This document shows, one piece after another, positions 56,214-64,000 of a DNA stretch of 64,000 nucleotides; position 1 is the stretch's first letter; every line of letters begins with the position of its first letter. The notes below the pieces were generated by a model. The model ran no database searches, was not told the origin of the DNA, and saw nothing but the letters and a program-made list of their open reading frames with translations. The stretch is from Vulcanimicrobiota bacterium (GTDB taxonomy: Bacteria; Vulcanimicrobiota; Vulcanimicrobiia; Vulcanimicrobiales; Vulcanimicrobiaceae), in contig CAWAXX010000018.1 in the NCBI GenBank assembly GCA_963786105.1, forward strand, positions 64,001 through 128,000. The letters run 5' to 3'. A program made the translations under genes and the position numbers.

Positions 56214-57382
56214 TGCCCTCGTACGTTCGAGCCGGCTCGCTTCCGCATAAGCGGCACATTCAATTCCGCCGTCCCGATGGCGGTCTTTATGCCGAAGAGC
56301 TCTTGTCGACCAAGGGCTTCGAAAGCGTGTATTCGTTGCTCTACCACGAGCGGCCGCCGACGGCGACGCTCGACGTTCTGCCGTGGAAGCGCCCGGCGGT
56401 GCGATTCGTCGACAACGAACCGCTGCGCAACCGCCATTTCAAAACCGTTGCCTTGCCGCCGGCCGGGTTCGACGCCATCGATTCGCGCACTCCGCTGCTT
56501 GGCAACGCCGACATTACGGTTTCGATAGCGCAGGCCGACCGCCCGATGGAATACTTCTACCGAAACGCCGGCGGGGACGAACTCCTTTTCGTGCACCACG
56601 GCGCCGGCGTGCTCGAGACGCAGTTCGGCGAGCTTGCATATCGAGAACGCGACTACCTGATCGTGCCGACCGGCACGGTCTACCGATTGATTCCGTCGAT
56701 TCCGACGCGCCTGCTGGTTCACGAATCCGCGGGCAGCGTCAAGATTCCGCGCCGGTATCGCAACGAATCCGGCCAGCTCGAAGAACACGCGCCCTACTAC
56801 GAGCGCGATTTTCGTACGCCGGTTCTAAAAGCGCCGAACAACGAGCAGGGCGAATACGAGATCCGCGTTGCCAACGGCGGACGCTACGCGGTGTACGTGG
56901 TGCAAAATCATCCGTGCGACGTCATCGGCTGGGACGGCTACTGCTATCCCTATGCGTTCAACGTCGACGAGTTTGCGCCAATCACCGGCAAGTTGCATCA
57001 GCCTCCTCCCGCGCACGCGACGTTCGAGGCTCCCGGAGCCGCTTTCTGCGCGTTCGTACCGCGGCTATTCGACTACCATCCGCTGGCGATACCGGTTCCG
57101 TACAACCATTCCAGCGTCGATTGCGACGAAGTGATCTACTACGTCAGCGGTAATTTCATGAGCCGTCGCGGCGTCGAGGAAGGTTCGGTGACGCTACACG
57201 CCGCCGGAGCGCCGCACGGCCCGCAACCGGGCGCGGTCGAGGCGAGCCTCGGGAAAACGTCGACCGACGAAATCGCCATCATGGTCGATACGTTCCGCCC
57301 GCTTATGCTCGGCGAAGCGGCGTTGAACTGCGAAGATCCCCAGTACTTCCGCTCGTGGATCGAAGCGCCGGTATCACCCTGA
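56213..57382 (+). CDS. hmgA: Homogentisate 1,2-dioxygenase
   Basis: PHKRH.QFR, DVIGWDG, HQPPP.H.TF, PYNHS..DCDEV.YY, HGPQPG. Confidence 0.93.
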   Translation: MPSYVRAGSLPHKRHIQFRRPDGGLYAEELLSTKGFESVYSLLYHERPPTATLDVLPWKRPAVRFVDNEPLRNRHFKTVALPPAGFDAIDSRTPLLGNADITVSIAQADRPMEYFYRNAGGDELLFVHHGAGVLETQFGELAYRERDYLIVPTGTVYRLIPSIPTRLLVHESAGSVKIPRRYRNESGQLEEHAPYYERDFRTPVLKAPNNEQGEYEIRVANGGRYAVYVVQNHPCDVIGWDGYCYPYAFNVDEFAPITGKLHQPPPAHATFEAPGAAFCAFVPRLFDYHPLAIPVPYNHSSVDCDEVIYYVSGNFMSRRGVEEGSVTLHAAGAPHGPQPGAVEASLGKTSTDEIAIMVDTFRPLMLGEAALNCEDPQYFRSWIEAPVSP

Positions 57383-58666
57383 CTGGATCCGGCCGCGCGC
57401 CGCGCCGAAGCCGATGCGGCGGGCGTCGCGCTTCTCGCACCAGCCCCGCAGCGTAACCTCGTCGCCGTCGGCCAGGAACGTCCGTTGTTCGCCATCCGGT
57501 AGGCCGATGGGACGCTCTCCGCGCCACGTCAACTCGATCAGGCTGCCGCAGCTCTCGGGCGTCGGACCCGAGATCGTTCCCGATGCAAATAGGTCGCCGG
57601 CCCGCGTGGGCGCTCCGTTCGCCGTGGCGTGCGCGAGTTGCTGCGCGACGTTCCAATACATCCGGCTGAAGCTCGTCCGCGAAATCACTTGGGGGTCGCA
57701 CCCGGCCTCGCGCATGCGTTGGGTCTCCAACTCGACGGAAAGGCGAATGTCGTAACTGCTCGGATCGGCGACCCGAAGATACTCCAGTGGCGACGGATCC
57801 TGTCGCGGACCGGAAACACGAAATGGCTCAAGCGCGTCGAGCGTCACCACCCATGGAGAAATCGTGGTGGCGAACGATTTACCTAGGAACGGCCCAAGCG
57901 GCTGATACTCCCAGGCTTGAATGTCGCGCGCGCTCCAATCGTTGACCAGTACGAATCCGGCGATGTGCGCCAGCGCTTCGCCGGCCGGAATGGGCAGCCC
58001 GAGCGTATTTCCGCGGCCCGTGATGAAGCCGACCTCGAGTTCGATGTCCAACATGGCGGTGGGGCCGAACGTGGGTGCCGGCGCGCCGGGCGGTTTGCGC
58101 TGACCCTTTGGACGCACGACCGGTGTGCCGTCTACGACGATCGAGCCGGAGCGCCCGTGGTAACCGATCGGCATCCAGCGCCAATTGGGTAACAGCGGTT
58201 CGCCATCGGGACGAAAGAGACGTCCCAAGTTGGTCGCGTGTTCCAGTGACGAATAGAAATCGACGTAGTCCCCGATTTGAACGGGAAGCAACATGCGGGC
58301 GTCGCGTCGATGCACGAAAAAGAAATCGGCATTAGCCAAACGCAGCGCGGGATTGCCGTCGCGCCGCAGGAGCGACGAGACTCGCTCGCGCAGCGCGTGC
58401 ATCGGTTCCGGGCCTGCTGCGAACAACTTATTGAGGAGCGGCCGGACCAGCAAGCGGCGATCGCAGGCGCCGTCAACGAGACCGCTCTCTGCGACGACCC
58501 GCAAGTCCAGAATGCGTTCGCCAATCGCCATCCCGATGCGGCCTTCGGCGCTGCCCGCGCGCGCGAACACGCCCAGCGGCAAGTTTTGAATCGGGAAATC
58601 GCTCTCCGGTGAAACCTCGAGCCAGGATTCGAGTGCGGCGGCAGTCGTGTCCCCGGGTGCGATCAT
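57374..58666 (-). CDS. fahA: Fumarylacetoacetase
   Basis: SDFPIQNLP.G, DYVDFYSSLEHATN, NDWSARDIQAWEYQPLGPFLGKSF, SGTISGP. Confidence 0.96.
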   Translation of the reverse strand: MIAPGDTTAAALESWLEVSPESDFPIQNLPLGVFARAGSAEGRIGMAIGERILDLRVVAESGLVDGACDRRLLVRPLLNKLFAAGPEPMHALRERVSSLLRRDGNPALRLANADFFFVHRRDARMLLPVQIGDYVDFYSSLEHATNLGRLFRPDGEPLLPNWRWMPIGYHGRSGSIVVDGTPVVRPKGQRKPPGAPAPTFGPTAMLDIELEVGFITGRGNTLGLPIPAGEALAHIAGFVLVNDWSARDIQAWEYQPLGPFLGKSFATTISPWVVTLDALEPFRVSGPRQDPSPLEYLRVADPSSYDIRLSVELETQRMREAGCDPQVISRTSFSRMYWNVAQQLAHATANGAPTRAGDLFASGTISGPTPESCGSLIELTWRGERPIGLPDGEQRTFLADGDEVTLRGWCEKRDARRIGFGAARGRIQSG

Positions 58667-59619
58667 GCTGCGGCGGCCGGAAGGATGCCGAGCGCGGTCA
58701 GGTCGTCGACCGGCTCCGTGAAGCTGCAGCTTCCATAGCCGGCAAATGCCGTTTCGCGCATGCGCGCAACGTCGTCGCGGCCGGCGCGTTGGTCGCGCCA
58801 TCGCAGCGACGAATCCTCGAAGCCGAACGCGCTCGAATCTTCCTCTGCGACGATCCGGATTAGTCGCTCGGCGTCGACGCGCGGCGCAAACGTCGCCGCG
58901 GCCAAAAGATTGAGAAACCCGTGCATAACGAATCCCGTCGCTGGGTCGCGATGCCGGAGCGGATGGTGCAGCCCCGCCGTCGCCTTGTACCCAACCCTCT
59001 CGACCGCGGCCGCCGCGGAGAACGCCGCGACGTCGTCAACCGATGGAAAGGCTTCCGCGACGACGCCGCCGCACCGGATCTTGGCGCTCAGGCGCGTGCG
59101 CGCGAGCGCGGCCATCGCTCCCGCCAACAACTCACGCCATCGCGTACCCCGCGGTAACTCGACGTAGGCCGGCAAATCGCGCAAGCCCACGCGATCGAGC
59201 AACGCGCGCAGCTGTCCGATCGGGGCGTCGAACGTTTCCCGAGCGCTGAGCGGTGCCGGAAGCGGAATCTCGAGGGCCTCGACCCGGACGTGCGATTCCC
59301 GTTCTTTCAAACCAGCGACCTCGGCCAACGCGCTCTGCAAAGATGCGAACCACAGCCGTGGATCGGGCGAACCATCAACGATAAGCGAGACCGGCAGCGG
59401 TTCCGCCCGCGGCCGCGCCGCCCACGCCTGGGCGGTTTCCGAAATGCGCGTCGCCGGTACGATGAATCGTCCAAGTATCCAGGCGGCGGCTCCTTGCCGC
59501 GCCGCCGCATACTCCGCGATCGCGTCTTCCATGGGAAGTTTTGCGGGTGGAAACAAGCCGGCATAGTCGATCAGCCGGCCAAATGCCGTCCGAGCGGTGG
59601 GCGCGATCGATGCGTTCAT
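58663..59619 (-). CDS. Conserved hypothetical protein coupled to fahA
   Basis: LIDYAGLFPPA, KIRCGG, YKATAGLHHP, HGFLN, YGSCSF.EP; ATGA overlap with fahA. Confidence 0.85.
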   Translation of the reverse strand: MNASIAPTARTAFGRLIDYAGLFPPAKLPMEDAIAEYAAARQGAAAWILGRFIVPATRISETAQAWAARPRAEPLPVSLIVDGSPDPRLWFASLQSALAEVAGLKERESHVRVEALEIPLPAPLSARETFDAPIGQLRALLDRVGLRDLPAYVELPRGTRWRELLAGAMAALARTRLSAKIRCGGVVAEAFPSVDDVAAFSAAAAVERVGYKATAGLHHPLRHRDPATGFVMHGFLNLLAAATFAPRVDAERLIRIVAEEDSSAFGFEDSSLRWRDQRAGRDDVARMRETAFAGYGSCSFTEPVDDLTALGILPAAAA

Positions 59620-59683
59620 GCGTGCCGGACTTCTTCGCTCATGCGAACAGGGGCGCCTCGGGCGCTTCGCCAAGGCCCTCGGC

Positions 59684-60799
59684 ATGAGCACGTTGACGGA
59701 ATCACGCAGCAACCCGCTCGCCCAGATCGATTGGGATTACGTCGAGTTCTACGTCGGAAATGCAAAACAAGCAGCTCACTATTACATGTCGGCATTCGGC
59801 TTCGATCAGCTTGCCTATGCCGGTCCCGAAACCGGCATCAAGAATCGCGTCAGCTATCTGCTCGAGCAGAACAAACTCCGCTTCGTGCTGACGGCGAGCC
59901 TGCTGCCGGACGACGAGATCGCCCGGCACGTCGCACTCCACGGCGACGGCGTTAAGGATATCGCCATTCTGGTGGAGGACGCGCGCGCCGCATTCGATAT
60001 GGCCGTCGCCGGCGGTGCGCGACCGTTGCTCGAGCCGACCGTGCTCGAAGACGACGGCGGACGGCTCGTTCACGCCAAGATCGCGACGTACGGCGAGACC
60101 GTGCACTCCTTCGTCGAGCGCGAGACGTATGCCGGCATCTTCATGCCCGGCTTCGTCGAGCTCCGCAAGACGCTCGCAGCGGCTCGCAAGCCTGGCCTGC
60201 AGTTCATCGATCACTGCGTCGGTAACGTGGGCTGGGGCGAAATGGATGCGTGGGGCGATTTCTACGCACGCGTTTTTGGTTTCTCGCAGCTGGTTTCTTT
60301 CGATGACAAAGATATTTCGACCGAGTACACCGCGCTGCGTTCCAAAGTCATGACGGACGCGCGCCACCGCGTGAAGTTTCCGATCAACGAGCCGGCTCAT
60401 GGCAAAAAGAAATCGCAGATCGAAGAGTACCTGGATTTCTACGAAGGCGCGGGCGTCCAGCACATGGCCATTCGCACCGACGACATCGCGGCGACGGTCC
60501 AGGCGCTCAGGGATAACGGCGTGGAGTTCCTCGACACGCCCGATTCTTACTACGACATGATGGAAGAACGCGTCGGCCGGATCGACGAAGCGACCGAGAT
60601 GCTGCGCGCGCAGCGTATTTTAGTCGATCGCGACGACCAGGGCTATATGCTGCAGATTTTCACCAAACCGCTGCAAGACCGGCCGACGGTATTTTTCGAG
60701 ATCATCCAGCGCAAGGGGAGCCTGTCGTTCGGGAAAGGCAACTTTAAGGCACTGTTCGTTTCGATCGAGCGCGAACAGGAAAAGCGGGGAACGCTCTAA
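59684..60799 (+). CDS. hppD: 4-hydroxyphenylpyruvate dioxygenase
   Basis: HGDGV.DIA, IDHCVGNV, SQIEEYL, GVQHMA, FFEIIQR, FGKGNFKALF. Confidence 0.97.
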   Translation: MSTLTESRSNPLAQIDWDYVEFYVGNAKQAAHYYMSAFGFDQLAYAGPETGIKNRVSYLLEQNKLRFVLTASLLPDDEIARHVALHGDGVKDIAILVEDARAAFDMAVAGGARPLLEPTVLEDDGGRLVHAKIATYGETVHSFVERETYAGIFMPGFVELRKTLAAARKPGLQFIDHCVGNVGWGEMDAWGDFYARVFGFSQLVSFDDKDISTEYTALRSKVMTDARHRVKFPINEPAHGKKKSQIEEYLDFYEGAGVQHMAIRTDDIAATVQALRDNGVEFLDTPDSYYDMMEERVGRIDEATEMLRAQRILVDRDDQGYMLQIFTKPLQDRPTVFFEIIQRKGSLSFGKGNFKALFVSIEREQEKRGTL

Positions 60800-60809
60800 G
60801 GAAATCGCC

Positions 60810-62084
60810 ATGCGACAATTGACGACCCCGAACCTCGACCGGGAGACCCTCCTCGACTGGTACCGCCGCAACCGCGCCCGCTCGGCGCAAATCTTCGGTT
60901 TGGTGGCCGATGAGGCGTTCTACTCACGGCCAATTCCGCTGCGGCATCCCTTCATTTTCTACGAGGGTCATATTCCCGATTTCAGTTTTCTGACGCTCAA
61001 CGCGCGCGCGCTCGGTGAACCGTCCATCGATGCTTCGCTGGAGCGTCTGTTCGAGCGCGGCATCGATCCAGGTTCGCTGGCCGACGCCAAACGACTCGAA
61101 CGCAGCGACTGGCCGTCGCGCCGGGAGGTGGACGCGTTCGGCCGAATTTGCGACGAGCGCGTCGAGCGCGCCATCGCGCATGCGCGCCTCGAGGATCCCG
61201 ACGTGCCGCGGTTGGCGCGCGGGCAAGCCGTCTATACCGTGCTCGAACACGAACAGATGCATCACGAAACGCTGGTGTACATCGTGCATCGGTTGGATGC
61301 CGGGCAAAAAGCGCGGGTCGCGCAACGGCACGAGGATCGAACCCCGCCGGTCAACGCCATGCGAGCGGTCTCCGCCGGGCCGGCGACGCTGGGCGTGGAT
61401 CCGGACGAGATTGCGTTCGGCTGGGACAACGAGTTCGGACGCCACGTGGTCGAGGTCCCCGCCTTCGGGATCATGACCTACCCGGTGACCAACGCCGACT
61501 GGCTGAGATTCGTTGCCGACGGCGGAGAAGCACCACCGTTTTGGATCGAACGCGACGGCGAGTGGCGACTCCGAGGCGTCTTCGAGGAGCTTCCACTTCC
61601 GCGCTCGTGGCCGGCGTACGTTTCACATCGTCAGGCCAAAGCTTACGCGAGCTGGGCCGGAACGCGCTTGCCGAGCGAGGCGGAATACCACCGTGCCGCG
61701 TTTTCGACGCCGTCGGGCGAAGAGCGGCCGTATCCGTGGGGCGACGACGCACCGCGCGCGCGCCACGGCAACTTCGATTTTCAGCGCTACGATCCGGCCC
61801 CGGTCGACGCGCATCCGGACGGCGCGAGCGCGTGGGGAGTGCACGACTTGATCGGCAACGGCTGGGAATGGACCGACACGCCGTTCGCTCCGTTCCCCGG
61901 TTTCGAGCCGATGGCGTCCTATCCGCAATACTCCGCCGACTTTTTCGACGGGAAGCATTACGTCATCAAGGGTGCGTCGCCGGTTACGGCGCGCGAGTTC
62001 GTTCGCCGCAGTTTCCGAAACTGGTTTTACGACGACTACCCGTTTATGTACGCGAAGTTCCGCTGCGTTGCGCAGGCTCCTTAG
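60810..62084 (+). CDS. DinB_2 + FGE-sulfatase non-heme-iron sulfoxide synthase (EgtB/Egt1/OvoA family)
   Basis: RHPFIFYEGH, EHEQMHHETL, FGWDNE, RLPSEAEY, GNGWEWT, YSADFFDGKH, SFRNW. Confidence 0.85.
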   Translation: MRQLTTPNLDRETLLDWYRRNRARSAQIFGLVADEAFYSRPIPLRHPFIFYEGHIPDFSFLTLNARALGEPSIDASLERLFERGIDPGSLADAKRLERSDWPSRREVDAFGRICDERVERAIAHARLEDPDVPRLARGQAVYTVLEHEQMHHETLVYIVHRLDAGQKARVAQRHEDRTPPVNAMRAVSAGPATLGVDPDEIAFGWDNEFGRHVVEVPAFGIMTYPVTNADWLRFVADGGEAPPFWIERDGEWRLRGVFEELPLPRSWPAYVSHRQAKAYASWAGTRLPSEAEYHRAAFSTPSGEERPYPWGDDAPRARHGNFDFQRYDPAPVDAHPDGASAWGVHDLIGNGWEWTDTPFAPFPGFEPMASYPQYSADFFDGKHYVIKGASPVTAREFVRRSFRNWFYDDYPFMYAKFRCVAQAP

Positions 62085-63687
62085 CCTGCTGGCCCTGCTG
62101 GCACTGGTGCCGGCAGCTACCGCCGGGTGCTCCAAGAGCGGCACTCAGAACGCGGCGCCCAGCGACCAGTTGCGGGCCGCGCTTATCATCAATCCGACGC
62201 AGCTCAATCCGATCTTGCCGCAAAACTCGATCGAAAACTTCGTCGACGGTTTACTCTTCGATCTGCTGGTCACGCAAGACCAGCATCATCGTCAAGTCGC
62301 CGATTTGGCAGCCGTCGTGCCGTCGCTTGAAAACGGCGGAATCAGCAAAGACGGCCTGACCATCACGTACCATTTGCGGCACGGCGTCAAGTGGCACGAT
62401 GGCGCCCCATTTACCAGCAAAGACGTGAGGTTCACTTGGCAGGCCGTACTCGACACGCGCAATAACGTGGTGTCGCGGCGCGGCTACGACCAGGTCGCTT
62501 CGCTGGAGACGCCCGACGATTACACCGTCGTCATGCACATGAAGCGCGTGTTCGCTCCGGCGATCGACACGATCTTTGGCGAGAGCGATACCCCCTTGCG
62601 CATTCTTCCCGCTCACCTGCTGGCAAAGTATTCCAATCTCAATCAAATACCGTTCAACGCGGCGCCGGTCGGCACCGGACCGTACCAGTTCGTCCGCTGG
62701 GCGCGCGGCGACCGGATCGTCTTACGCGCGAACGACGCGTATTTCCGCGGCGCTCCGGCGTTGAAACGATTGACGCTTCCGATCATTCCCGACGACAATA
62801 CCACCGGGGCACAGATCCGCTCGCGCGAAGTCGACTTGGCGCTCGAGATTCCGGCGCCGGTTTATCGCGACGCTGCCGACGTGCCGGGCGTCGTTCGACA
62901 ACTCGCCGACGCTCCGGCGTATACGTCGATCGTCTTCAACACCAAGCGCGCGCCGCTCGACGACGTGCGGGTTCGCCGCGCTCTGGTTCTCGGTATGAAC
63001 CGCTCCGCAATCGTGCGCGACGACACGTACGGAACGGGGCAATTAGCCGTCGCCGATCTTTCGCCGTATTATTGGGCTTTCGACCCCACGCTAAAACCGG
63101 CGGCGTACTCGCTCGATCAAGCCAAAGCACTCCTCGACGCGGCGGGATGGCGTCCCGGTTCCGACGGCGTGCGCGCGCGCAACGGCACGCGTCTGTCGCT
63201 GCTGTTGGTCTACGGTTCCGGCAGCCAGCTGGTTCGCACGGTCACGGCGCAGGTTCAGCAAATGTACCGTCCGCTGGGCGTCGATATTCAGCTCAAAGGG
63301 TTCGACTACGCGACGCTTTACGCCGCCGCCCAAAACGGCGGCATCCTCAACGCCGGAAAGTTCGACTTGGCAATGTATGCGTGGATTTCCGGCTCCGATC
63401 CCGACGACTCTTCCCAGTGGACGTGCGCCGCCGTTCCCCCGGCCGGCAATAACGTGTCGCGCTACTGCGCGGCGGAGATGGACGCAGCCCAGAAGCTAGC
63501 CCTGTCGACCTTCGACCGTTCCATTCGTACCAAAGCCTACGCACGAATCCAAGCGTTGCTCCTGCGCGACGCGCCGGCTGCTTTTCTCTACTACCAAGCC
63601 CTGCGCTATGCCCACGTCGCGGGCTTGCAAAACTTCACTCCGAACGGCATCAGCGAGGGGTGGAACGCCCAGGAGTGGAGCCGCTAG
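62068..63687 (+). CDS. ABC transporter substrate-binding lipoprotein, family 5 (peptide/nickel)
   Basis: TAGC lipobox, DGLTITYHLRHGVKWHDG.PFTSKDV.FT, PVGTGPY, AKALLDAAGW. Confidence 0.93.
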   Translation: MRRLLSLLALLALVPAATAGCSKSGTQNAAPSDQLRAALIINPTQLNPILPQNSIENFVDGLLFDLLVTQDQHHRQVADLAAVVPSLENGGISKDGLTITYHLRHGVKWHDGAPFTSKDVRFTWQAVLDTRNNVVSRRGYDQVASLETPDDYTVVMHMKRVFAPAIDTIFGESDTPLRILPAHLLAKYSNLNQIPFNAAPVGTGPYQFVRWARGDRIVLRANDAYFRGAPALKRLTLPIIPDDNTTGAQIRSREVDLALEIPAPVYRDAADVPGVVRQLADAPAYTSIVFNTKRAPLDDVRVRRALVLGMNRSAIVRDDTYGTGQLAVADLSPYYWAFDPTLKPAAYSLDQAKALLDAAGWRPGSDGVRARNGTRLSLLLVYGSGSQLVRTVTAQVQQMYRPLGVDIQLKGFDYATLYAAAQNGGILNAGKFDLAMYAWISGSDPDDSSQWTCAAVPPAGNNVSRYCAAEMDAAQKLALSTFDRSIRTKAYARIQALLLRDAPAAFLYYQALRYAHVAGLQNFTPNGISEGWNAQEWSR

Positions 63688-63735
63688 CAAGCGTCGAAGC
63701 CAAGCCGCCCACCCAATAGTGCAAGGAGAGACGGT

Positions 63736-64000
63736 TTGACCACCACCATCGCGACCGCGAAGAAGGTGCCGGTGACGGTTGCCTACGGCGACGGTATCGG
63801 CCCCGAAATCATGGACGCCACGCTGCGTATCATCACCGATGCCGGCGCTCAGCTCGACCTCGAGCGGATCGACATCGGCGAGGCCGTTTACAACAAAGGT
63901 TTGAGTAACGGGATCGAGCCGTCATCGTGGGAGTCGCTGCGACGAACGAAGGTCTTTCTGAAGGCGCCGATCACGACCCCTCAAGGCGGCGGATTCAAGA
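63736..64000 (+). CDS. icd: NADP-dependent isocitrate dehydrogenase (partial, runs off window end)
   Basis: AAGGAG SD, TTG start, VTVAYGDGIGPEIM...FLKAPITTPQGGGFK. Confidence 0.9.
   Translation, partial: MTTTIATAKKVPVTVAYGDGIGPEIMDATLRIITDAGAQLDLERIDIGEAVYNKGLSNGIEPSSWESLRRTKVFLKAPITTPQGGGFK

Overview
High-GC bacterial chromosome segment. The mix of Terrabacteria-type genes (PASTA kinase, SpoIID, NFACT/RqcH, pyrR, DUF4446) with an outer-membrane beta-barrel and many lipoproteins would fit a diderm Terrabacteria lineage such as Ca. Eremiobacterota (inference only). Most of the window is housekeeping: glmS, rpoZ, gmk, queA, ruvCAB, pknB-pbpA, carB, pdxH, crcB, a MoxR/VWA cluster, valS-pyrR-pyrB-pyrC-carA, tig-clpP-clpX, 7 tRNAs, rdgB, lepA, SRP RNA, tyrosine catabolism (hppD, hmgA, fahA), a sulfoxide-synthase-like gene, an ABC peptide-binding protein and partial icd. 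The main accessory block (about 31.0-44.4 kb) is a LuxR-type regulator, a TonB-dependent-receptor-like barrel and five lipoproteins including an orphan PstS/DING-like phosphate binder. It is bounded by two same-orientation copies of a REP-like repeat and converges on an arsR-arsI-aquaporin-arsC operon with a clear promoter and two operators. Other items worth checking are a structured leader upstream of DUF190-crcB that does not match the canonical fluoride riboswitch, an unannotated 36-aa membrane ORF coupled to a PuuD-like gene, REP copies inside coding sequences, and a fahA-coupled unknown protein that could fill the missing maleylacetoacetate step. No CRISPR array, transposase or integrase was seen. 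All calls come from motif recognition; no database searches were run.
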